A DNA stretch of 62,987 bases, filler included, from Reclinomonas americana ATCC 50394 (Eukaryota), in assembly GCA_048213135.1 (NCBI GenBank). It is 20 parts of 20 records of this genome, joined end to end, with 100 filler letters (N's around TTAATTAATTAA, not from the genome) between each part and the next. Parts side by side here need not be neighbours in the genome. Positions count along the whole stretch, not along the records: positions 52,055 to 62,987 come from AFZH01023944.1; 19 more parts are not named here. One strand, written 5' to 3'. The notes beneath the pieces were generated by a model. That model searched no databases. It was not told the DNA's origin and worked only from the letters and a program-made list of their open reading frames with translations. Position 1 is the stretch's first letter. Every line of letters starts with the position of its first letter. Positions 53,207 through 62,987 of this stretch are shown here, piece by piece. A program made the translations under genes and the position numbers.

Positions 53207-54505
53207 ATGGCACGCCTCTCTGCGCCTCTCCTTCTCCTTCTCGGCCTGGTGACCATCAGCTGCCTCCTCATCTCCTCGAGTGAAGCGCAGAAGTTACCGC
53301 CGCGCCTGAGCGATCGTCTCCTCGAGTTGCACTCTGGCGACTTGCTTGCCCGCCACACTCGCATACGAACGCATGCAGTCCACCGCGAGACAGACCGCGT
53401 GTCGGCGGCTGCGGCTGGTCCAGCAGACGATTTCAGTGTCCGCGCGTCACCGTCACCGCTAGCGCCAGCGCCAGCAAGAGTGTACGAGCCCAGCGCTGTT
53501 GCGACGGCGGCTACTGTGTGCACGGGTGAGTTGTGTGGAGAGCGGGGATTGCATTAGATGAACCTGTTCTGTCCCCTCTCCCTCGTGTCTCGCTGACGCC
53601 TTCTTGCAGTCTTTGTGTCGCCGACCGGTTCAACGAATGCCGCAGCCTGTGGCCTCACGGCCGACAACGCCTGTGCCCTCTCCGCGACGGTGCTGTCGTG
53701 CTCATCCGCGCAGTCGTTTGACGCGCAGTCGACCGCGTGGTCACTGTCCGTGCTGATGCTTGGCGGTCTCTACAACGTGACGCAGGCCGGCACTCAGTTG
53801 ACCGTCGTTGGTGAGTTTGTTTGATCCAAGTGGGCGCGCTTACTGTCCAGTTCGATGTCCGCCATTTCTTCCCTCTCCTTGACTCCCCACTCTCTTCCCA
53901 CAGGCCGCTCCGTCTCCGTCTCCCCCTCCAACAACGCAATGACCCCCACCATCCTCGCCGGCTCCTTCAGCGCCTTCAACATTACGCAGTCGGCGCAAGT
54001 CACTTTGTCTGGCCTCTCGTTCAGCGGAGGCTCCGCGAAGGCGCCAGTCATCTGCTGGGCACCGCGGCCGTTGTCTCGCCACAACTGACCTTTTCCAGCT
54101 GCACATTTGCCGATGCAACGGCCGGTGCCATCTCGCTCGACTCGACAGCTGCGCCCTCCACTACGCTACCGCTGCTATTGGTCACTGGCTGCGTGTTCTC
54201 TCGCATCACATCCACCGCCGGAGGTTTGGCGGGTTACGCCATTTCGTTGAACGGCAAGTTTCTCAACGTGACGGTGACGGACTCTTCGTTTGCATCCTGT
54301 GCAAAACTCGGAGCGAATGCCAGCGGAGCCGCGCTTTCTCTGTGGGGTCTCGCCTCCAACGCCACCGTGTCTTTGCAGCGTTGTAGATTTTTCAACAACA
54401 ACGTGGACGCCACCGGTACCACAACCACCAAGTCGATCAGCTATCGAGGTGGCGGTGCGGTGCTTGCTGTTGGCACAGCGCTCTTTTCGGTCAGTACATC
54501 GCAGT
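53207..54505 (+). pseudogene. Secreted right-handed beta-helix (pectin-lyase-like/Pmp-like) protein, frameshifted at ~54050 and truncated by the WD40 unit
   Basis: Signal peptide MARLSAPLLLLLGLVTISCLL. Motifs VFVSPTGS..CG....NAC, FSSCTF, GAALSL, CRFFNN, GGGAV. Introns 53526-53609 and 53811-53903. The sequence switches to array spacer at ~54500. Confidence 0.7.
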
Positions 54506-55755
54506 GCATGCATGTTTGATACTCGCATCCCACCGTGTACTCAGCTGGTGTGTGACATTGTTCGTCTTGATCGCTCTTTCTTCTTTCTCCCACTCAATTC
54601 GTTCGTGCAGGCCGTGCACGCCATGAGGTGCGTGGCTGGGTGGGTGGACACATGTGTGTCGTGTGCGACTTGGTGGCCTGGTCGGTAGATCGTTTTCACG
54701 CCCGGCTGGCAAGTCGGAGCGGATCGATGATGTGCGCACCTTGGCTGTTGCTGTTTCTGCCGAGTGACGATTGTTGTGGCCATGGAAGACTGCAGACGCG
54801 TGCTCGGCAATCTACTCATGGGTGGACTCATGCGTGTCGTGCTGTGCGATGGTGACCTGGTCGGTGGATCGTTCTCGTCCCGGTTGGCAAGTCAGAGCGG
54901 ATCGATGATGTGCGCTTCTTGGTTGCTGCTGTCGCCGCCAAGTAATGATGGTGATGGCCATGGGAGACTGCAGACGCGCACGTGGCCTGGTGCGTACGTG
55001 TTCTGCTTCTGCGTTGACGAGCTAGTTGGCGGGACTTGAATTCATGAAGATTGACTGACTCCATTCTGTGTCACAGGCGCGCGTGCTGGCAAGTGATTGG
55101 CCACTGGCAGACAAGCAGCATGACGACACATGGCTCGTTGCATCGCAGTACATGCATGGGACGATTCACCGGCCGACCGTGAGTGTGATTGAAGGCACGA
55201 GGCATTGATTGTGACGTGGATGAGAGGCAAGTCACACGACACAGCTGCCTCTTCCATCGCTGAGCTGCTGTGGTGGTCGCTCCTCTCCTGTCCCTCGTGG
55301 CTCTCTTTCTTCCTTGTACCATCATCAACCTTGCTGTGGGCTGGTTCAAGGAGGTGTGAGGTTTCGATGACTCGGTTCTCATTGGATTCTTGTGACGACA
55401 TGAACAACAGGGCCACAACTGCACATCCAAGCAGCCCGACATGCCAGTCCTCGTTTAGAGAGAATGCAGGTCAGTCGAAAGAGAGTGTCGCTGGACAGCA
55501 GCGCGATGCAGTGGAGCGCCACCTCGAGCCACCACCCTGCTTGTCCCATCTGCCTATTTCTCATCGACGAGTCCCATGTCGGTCTTCGAAAGCTCACACG
55601 CATCAAAGAAGCCACGTCGCTCACACTGCCGGTTGCTGTTGATTGCTGACTGCAGCCTGGCGAGGGATGGACGACGTCTCAGAGCAAGGCGGGGGAAGAA
55701 AGGCGGGAAACAGTGACAATCCTGAGCGAGCAAATCACACACACACACACGGAGA

Positions 55756-56930
55756 ATGGCAACAAAGGTGTGAATGTATGCGCACTTTTGCGTGGTTGTT
55801 GTCTGTGCGTGCATTCGTGTGCTTGTTCATGTGTGCAGTTGTTGTTTGTGTTTATGTGCGCGTGTGCCTTCGAATGTGTGCATGCGTCTCACCGCGAGTG
55901 ATTGATACAGATCATTCAGAGTCTCGATATGGTGCGATTCGTCGTCATCACTCCCGATGGCAAGCACATTGTTGGTGGGTGTGTGGACGGAATTATTCGA
56001 GTGTGGTCTCTGGCGAGCGGGGAGGAAGTGCGACGGCTGGAAGGCCACTTTTTCATTGTGTATTATGTCGCCGTCACCCCCGATGGTCAGCACATCGTGA
56101 GTGGAGGTGGAGACTGTACCGTACGTGTGTGGTCGCTGGCGAGTGGAGAAGAAGTGCGACGGCTGGAGGGACACACCAGCACGGTGAACTCTGTCGCCGT
56201 CACCCCTGATTGTCTGCAGGTCATCAGCAGCAGCATCGACAAGACAGTTCGAGTATGGTCACTGGTGAGTGGGAAGGAGGTGCGACGGTTGGAAGGAGGC
56301 ACTGGAGTGGTGTATTGTGTCACAGTCACTCCCGATGGTCAGCACATTGTGAGCGGGGGTGGAGACAAAACCGTGCGGGTGTGGTTGCTGATGAGCGGGG
56401 AAGAAGTAAGACGGTTGGAGGGACACACTGACACGGTATACTCTGTCGCCGTCACTCCAGACGGTCAGCACATCGTGAGTGGCGGTGGGGACAGAACGGT
56501 GAGAGTGTGGTCACTGGCAAGTGGACAGCTAATGCGACAGTTGGACGGACACGCCCATGCGGTACATTCTGTCGCCATCACTCCCGACAGTCAGCACATC
56601 GTGAGCGGGAGCGGGGACAACACAGTGCGGATGTGGTCTCTGGCGAGTGGCGAGGAAGAGCGACGGTTGGAGGGACACACAGAATGGGTGTCGTGTGCGG
56701 CCGTCTCTCCCGATGGTCAGCACATTGTGAGCGTCGGTGGCCACGACGAGACCGTGCGAGTGTGGTGCACGCCGCGTGGCCTTGCTCGTTTCGAACTCGA
56801 CGCCGCGCGCGCGGCCATGCAGGCTGTGCAAGAGATGCAGGAGGAAGAGGTAGATTCTCGATGCCTTCCCGAACTGGTTCTGCGCTGCTTTATCGTCGAG
56901 GATGCCGAGGTCGTCCTTTTTCGGTGCTGA
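55756..56930 (+). CDS. Seven-bladed WD40 protein with conserved C-terminal tail, array copy 2 (exons 55756-55767, 55911-56930)
   Basis: MATK|IIQSL..., then seven ~42-aa repeats EEVRRLEGHxxxVxxVAVTPDGQHIVSGxxDxTVRVWSLASG, then the tail to TGA. Confidence 0.92.
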
Positions 56931-58736
56931 GAAGGTGAGCCAAAGGGTGGGAGAGAGAGATGGCTGCTGGACAATGTGAGTTGTTTTTCGTGTCTTGTGT
57001 GGGGGTGCGGGTGATCATGCGGGATGGAGGTGGGGAAGAGAGGATGACGGAGGAGGAGAGAGAGGTTGTTGTTGATGATGAATTGTTCTCCCGTGCATGT
57101 TGTCGTACCATGAGAATGACAATGCGCGGTCGTGAAGCATGTCTCCCTCTGTAGGCGTGCGTTTTCCTCACCTCAATGCGTGTGTGCAAGTGCAATGACG
57201 CTTGGGAATCTATTGCGTATTTTTCGTCTCTTTGTGATGTCTGTTGTGCGTGCATCTTTTATCGCTGATATTCGTGCCTTATGAGAGCGAGTCACCGTTG
57301 TCTGTTTCCCTCGCGTCTTGTTTTTCGCACCTCCTTGGCACCGCTATACTCTGCTTCCCATTGTGCACGTGCGCCGCGGACATTCTCCTTCCGACTGCGA
57401 AGAATGCCTGTCTTTCAGCTCCCTTTTTCCTGCCTCCTGCAGAGTCTATCTCTTTCTCCGCCATCTCCCTGCCTTTGTGCGCTCAACTGATTCCCCAGTA
57501 ATCCGCCCCTTCTTTCTGCACACGCTCGAGGTCGAGCTGCTGGTCCGCTCACCGTGTTCCGACTGCCATCCTGCCAGTCCATCATGGTCAGCTTCCCGAT
57601 GCCGAAGTGTGTGAGGTGGCATACCTGCATACTGACTCTGCTCCTTCTCTCCCTTGCAGGATAGTTGTGTGAGCGTCCCTCGGCTTGCTTCTTGACAAAC
57701 GCGTGTTGGTATCAGCTGCTGATCGGTGTGTTTGTCAGTGAGACAGAGCAGGTTTCTCTCCTCTTCCTCCAGTCCTTTTGCTCACAGCACACCGACATGC
57801 AGAGACCATGGAAAGCATGTCGTGGTAATGACTGGCGTGATGTGCATTGCCCGTTGTCGACCGTCACCTCACTCACTCAGCTCCCCACTCGCATCCCACC
57901 ATGCACTCAGCAGTTGTGTGGCCCTGTTCTTCGTGATCTCTCTCTCCTCCTTCCCTCCCACTCACCTCAATTATGCAGGTCGTGCACGTCATGGAGAGCG
58001 TGGCTGGGTGGATGTACACATGTGTGTCGTGATGTGCGATGGATGGCCTGGTCGGTGGATCGTTTTCAATCCCGGCTTGCAAGTCGGAGCGGATCGATGA
58101 TGTGCGCTTCTTGGTTGCTGCTGTCGCCGCCAAGTATGGTTTCGTGCCTCACAGTGCATGCATGAGACGATTCACCGACCGACTGTGAGTGTGATTGAAG
58201 GCACGAGGCATTGATTGTGATCTGGGTGAGAGGAGACGAGTCTCGCGACACAACTGCCTCTTCCATGGTCACTCCTCTTCTGTTCCTGGTCATTTCTCTT
58301 CTGTTCCGCGTGGCTCTCTTTCTTCCTTGTACCATCATCGTGCCCTCATCAACCTCGCTGTGGGCAAGGAGGTGAGGTATCGATGACTCGTCGTGCTTAC
58401 TGCCAACGTTGCACATCCAAGCAGCACGACAATCCAGTCTTCGTTGGCAGAGAATGCTGGCCGGTCTCGATGCAATGGAGCGCCAACCTCGTGTCACCAC
58501 CACCACCTTGCATGTCTGGTCTGCCGATTTCGCATCGACGAGTCCCATGTCGGTCTTTGAAAGCCCACACGCATCAACGAAGCCACATCGTTCACACACT
58601 ACCGCATGCTGTGCGGGGTGCTGGCTGCAGCCTGGCGGGGGATAAACGACGTCTCAGAGCAAGGGGGGAGAAGAAAGGCGGGAAACAGTGACAATCCAGA
58701 GCGAGCAAATCACACACACACGCTCCGTCACGGAGA

Positions 58737-59880
58737 ATGACAACAAAGGTGTGAATGTGTGCGTGGTTAGTGTCTGTGCGTGCATCCGTGTTCCATGTGT
58801 GTGGTTGTTGTTTGTGTTGTTGTGCATGTCTCCGAATGTCGCTGAGCGTGTGCGCAGATCATTCAGAGTCTCGCTTCTGCGGCGCGGTCCATTACCGTCA
58901 CCCCCGACGGCAAGCACATTGTGGGTGGATGTGAGGATAGCACCGTTCGAGTGTGGTCTCTGGCGAGTGGGGAAGAAGTACGACGGCTGGATGGACACAC
59001 CGACATGGTGACATCTGTCGCCGTCACAAATGATCAGCACGTCATCAGCGGCGGCTGCGACAACACAGTGCGGATGTGGTCTTTGGCGAATGGGGAGGAG
59101 GTGCGACGGCTGGTTGGACACGCCGGCACGGTGACGTCTGTCGCCGTCACCCCCGATGGGCAATACATAATAAGTGGGAGTGACGATGAGACAGTGCGAG
59201 TGTGGTCTCCGGCGAGTGGGGAAGAGGTGCGACGGCTGGAGAGACGCGCTGGATGGGTGTGCTCTATCGCCATCACCCCCGATGGTAACCACATCGCGAC
59301 TGGGAGCGGGGACTGCACCGTGCGGGTGTGGTCGCTGGCGAATGGCACGGTGCGACAGCTGGCAGGTCACACTGCAGCTGGGTGGGTGAATCGTGTCGCC
59401 GTCACCCCTGATGGACAGCGCATCGTGAGTGGGAGTGGAGACCGCACCCTGCGAGTGTGGTCACTGGCGAGCGGGGAAGAGGTGCGACGGCTGGTTGGAC
59501 ACGCCGGCACGGTGTCGTCTGTCGCCGTCACTCCCGATGGTCAGCACATTGTTAGTGGGAGTGGAGACAGCACCGTGCGAGTGTGGTCGCTGGCGAGCGG
59601 CGAGGAAGTACGACGGTTGGATGGACACACTGGATGGGTGTCGTGTGTGGCTGTCTCTCCCGATGGTCAGCACATTGTGAGCGCGGGCGGCAAAGACAAG
59701 ACGGTGCGAGTGTGGTGCACGCCGCGTGGCCTTGCTCGCCTCGAGCTCGACGCCGCGCGCTCGGCCATGCGAGCTGTGCAGGAGATGCAGGAGGAAGAAG
59801 TAGATTCACGATGTCTTCCCGAGCTGGTTCTGCGCTGTTTCATCGTCGAGGATGCCGAGGTCGTCATTTTCCGGTGCTGA
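58737..59880 (+). CDS. Seven-bladed WD40 protein with conserved C-terminal tail, array copy 3 (exons 58737-58748, 58858-59880)
   Basis: MTTK|IIQSL..., seven repeats and the same tail. Phase-0 GTGTGA..CGCAG intron at the same position as in copy 2. Confidence 0.92.
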
Positions 59881-60946
59881 GTGTGAGTCGAAGGGAGGGA
59901 GAGCGGTGGCTGCTGGTGATCGTGAGATTTCGTGTCTCGTGCGGGAGATTGGTTGGTCATGCGGGACGTGGAGCAGTGGTTCAAGAGTTGCGTGATCGTG
60001 TCGTGTGATGTATGTGTGGTTGTCTGACGAAGCCTGACCGCGTGTTTAACACGCAGGTGATGATGGATTGGAGACCACTTGCTCGGTTTTAGCTCGACAT
60101 GAGTGAGTTTGTGAGAAAGTGTTGTGTGAGCGTTTTTTCTTTCTGTTTACTTCGATACGGTGTTGTGGTGGTTGTCACTGCTGCGTCTCCTTCGTTGTTG
60201 TCGTTGTGTGCTGCAGATGAACAGAATGTCAGCAATCTCTATTGTGACGCACAGGACGATGAACTCCAGGTGCACGACAGAGATCAGGAGCGTGAGCAAG
60301 AACACAGGGACAGTTTGTTCACTGTCGTCTTCCACGATTCAAGCCGCGTGTTGACTGACGGCTGATAAGGGTGGCCCATGCAACGCGGGACCGTTGTCTT
60401 CGAGTGCATCGTTGTAGCTGGTGAGCTTCCGCGTGAGCAATCACTCATCTGCACGGCAGGCGACGACTCGCTCCCTCTCTGCAACTGACAGAGTGCTGAT
60501 CACCGACGAGACCCCTGCTGCAACACCGATTCAACAACAGCAGCAACAAACTTGCTTACGCAAACAACAACACAGCTACATAATCGTGAGTTGGGCACCA
60601 GAAACTCAGACATCGAACACGTGATACACTTGCTGCGTTGACGAGAGGGCGAGGCTGCTGACGAAAATCCACGCGCATTCAACAAGCGTTCATTTCTGTG
60701 ACAGCAATGCGAGCTCAGGCATGCACTGGCAAAGCGCCATCGGGAATCGACATAATCTTGGTGACGATTCGAACAAGCTGCGCTCTTCGGAAAAACTTTC
60801 CATGTACGCGCTTTCATCACTTCGTCATTTCTGCATCCCGGTGAGCACAGACAAGCACACACGCTCTCTCTCTGTCTCACTCTCCCCTCTTCCCATCACT
60901 CGCTCACTCGCTCGCCACGCGAATGCATATGTGCAGCGGAATCGCG

Positions 60947-62090
60947 ATGCACTCGAACATCCTGCATTTCGCCGCCTTTGTTGCGCTGGCCCTCGTGGTG
61001 GGCGCACTCACTGTGCCTGCTGCGAGTGCCCTCTCCCGCGACACTTTCTCTCCCTCGGTGCGTGTGTGTTTGTTGCCTGACATGAGCGTGCATCACGACT
61101 CACGTATGTCCCGCTGGGGACGCACAGGGGAACCGCACACCCTCCTCGCGCATTCACCTCTCGTTCCACACCACTCCCTCCTCTTCTCATTCTTCGTCGG
61201 CGCACCATGACGTGCTGCCTGCGAGTGTGCGCACGGTGGAGGATGCGGCGCTGTTTCACGTGCGTCGCCTCGTGAGTGCGGAAATGTCCGCCGCGTCTTC
61301 GACTCGCACTCGTCGTCAGCGCAGCTTTGGAGTGCAAGCGACACCTGCTGGTGAGTGGTGCAGAGAGCAAGAGAGCGGGAGAGTGGGAGAAGCGTGTTTC
61401 CGTGTCCTGTTTTTTCAGCATCGCGAATCATGCATGTCGGACTTGCAATTGCATTGTTTCTTGCTGCTCTCTCCGCTTCGCTCTTCCTTCTTGCCCATGA
61501 CAATCACTGATAGAACACCACAGCGTGTGGTCTTGCGTGGTTTCTATCAGGGTCATGGCACACACAGTTTTTCCGATGCGTGTCCGATGTGTGCTCACTC
61601 TTTACTCTCTCTTCTCCTTCCCGCCGCCTCGCAGCCGAGTCCGCCTCCGTCTCCCTGCATGTGGCTCGTGTGGTCACCTCACTGCACGGTGGGCGCGTCG
61701 CAGCCGCGCACGTCCGCCAGTCGGTCCACGGTGTGGAGGTGTTGAATAGCGAAGTTCGCATGCTTCTCCACCCGACCTCGTTCCAGTTGCTGTCGGCCAC
61801 TGGATCGCTGGTCGACGTCGCCTCCTTCACTCCCGCCTCCGAGCACCACGTCGCCTCCTCGTCTGTCGATGGCGCCTTCGCGGTGCCCGCCGACGTCGGA
61901 CAGTACAAGCAGGCCCTGGTCGTGGCGCTGAACGCTCACTTCGGCGCCGACAACGCCGTCAGCGTCGACGACCTGCACGTGGAGGAGTTCACGCGCCACG
62001 GTCTGCACAGCGATGTGTGGTTGTTCACGAGTGAGGGCGCGGCGGTCTCTGTGCGCAGTCCGCACGGCAGTCGCGTGAGGAAGGTGTGCA
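60947..62090 (+). CDS. N-terminal part of a secreted metalloprotease precursor with FTP (fungalysin/thermolysin) propeptide-like region, M36/M4-like; continues beyond window
   Basis: Signal peptide MHSNILHFAAFVALALVVGALTVPAASA. Exon with AAHVRQSVHGVEVLNSEVRMLL..LLSATGSL resembles the FTP motif. Catalytic HExxH is not in the window. Confidence 0.55.
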
Positions 62091-62987
62091 AATGGGGAAG
62101 TGCTCGTCTCTTCTGTCACTCGTGATTCACCAATCCCTGTTCTCTTGTGTGTACTTGCCTTGCTCCTCACTCTCTGTCTCTCCCCCGGTACTCCTTGAGC
62201 CTGCTCTCTCCTGTTGCTCTCTCCTTCGCTGGTGCCTCATCAATCCACTTTTCTCTTGTGTGCACTCGCCTTGCTCCATCACGCTCTCCATTCTCGCTTT
62301 CCCTCACTCCCTCCATTGCTCATTGAGCCTGCTTTCTCTTCTTGCTCTCTCCCTCGCTCACTCATTCTCTCCACCAGTCTGCAACTCTCTTGTGTGTTTG
62401 AACGTGCCTTGCTCCTCGCTCACTCTCTCTCTCTCTCTCTCTGTTGCTTTCTATTCCTCTCTCTCTCTCTCTGCGCTCAATGCTAAGCGGACCAGAAATC
62501 CACTGTTCTCTCTCGTGTGACCGTGCCCTGCTCTCTCTTTCTATCTCTGTGCTCTCACTGTTCCACTCTTCTCTTCTCCCACTCTTTCTCCCCTCTCCGC
62601 ATCACCTTAGCTGAGTGCACTGTGATGAAACTGACTTAGATGATCCTTGTTTCTCAGCTGATGCCCTCTGCCGTCTTCTCCCTCGAACCAACTTCCCCGT
62701 TATGCCCTCTCGCTTTTCTCCTCATTCGTCATCCGTTTTCTTCCCTTCCACTCATCTTTCCTCTCTTAATGCCGTGCAAGCACCCGTCCAGTCGTCACTC
62801 TCCCTTTATCTCATCGGGCCTCTTGTCCTCTCCCTCTCTCCTAGTTCCGCGCCCCTTCCCTTCACCCTCCCTTCTCCCTCCCTTCATTCCTTCCCCTCAC
62901 TCCTTCCCCTTCCCCCTTCCCCTCACCCCTTCCCCTTCCCCTTCCCCTTCCCCCTTCCCCTCACCCCTTCCCCTTCTCCCCCTTCTC
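62090..62987. repeat. Pyrimidine-rich low-complexity tract ending in (TTCCCC)n; probably a long intron
   Basis: C/T-dominated sequence following a GTGTGC donor-like site. Confidence 0.7.

Larger units (their letters stand above)
48249..59945 (+). repeat. Locally amplified ~3 kb unit (conserved ~1.8-2.1 kb spacer + WD40 gene) in two blocks: 48249-51954 and ~54500-59945
   Basis: Homologous spacer copies at 48249-49273, 49875-51954, ~54500-55755 and 56931-58736 share e.g. GGCAAGTCGGAGCGGATCGATGATGTGCGC, AATGCAGGTCAGTCGAAAGAGAGTGTCGCTGG and CTGCAGCCTGGCGAGGGAT (with substitutions and indels). Confidence 0.92.

Noticed and set aside
55911..59880. 126-bp periodic repeats as CRISPR array or DGR template/variable repeats
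   Set aside because: The repeats are in-frame WD40 coding units without unique spacers. Variation is not obviously adenine-specific. The only RT in the window is a decayed non-LTR type.
60099..60800. Possible continuation of the truncated beta-helix gene or another CDS
   Set aside because: Short frames interrupted by stops, with no beta-helix motifs or recognisable domain.

Overview
Intron-rich eukaryotic DNA, probably from a flagellated protist (inferred from XRRA1-like and CCP5-like genes). It consists of 20 ordered contigs joined by artificial 100-bp spacers (N44-TTAATTAATTAA-N44). From left to right it contains: a giant Cys-containing Ig/IPT-like repeat protein (1-7918); a secreted-protein 5' end head-to-head with a GH63/MGH1-like glycosidase; an XRRA1-like LRR gene; a CCP5/AGBL5-like cytosolic carboxypeptidase; a WD40 gene; two orphan multi-exon genes; a decayed R2-like non-LTR retrotransposon; RPF2; a >10 kb fibre-like G/S/T/A/V repeat gene; a truncated secreted beta-helix gene; and the start of a fungalysin/thermolysin-type protease. 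The most notable feature is a locally amplified ~3 kb unit at 48.2-59.9 kb (three WD40 genes seen, a fourth probably lost in a gap). Each unit has a 4-codon first exon, near-identical 42-aa WD40 repeats (seven in each fully assembled copy) that vary mainly at predicted binding-face positions, and an almost invariant ~50-aa C-terminal tail. A diverged version of this tail also ends the unrelated-looking WD40 gene at 20.6-22.3 kb. I infer a diversifying receptor or adaptor family. Several introns start with a shifted-register GTTGCG donor. All family calls come from motif recognition by eye; no database searches were run.
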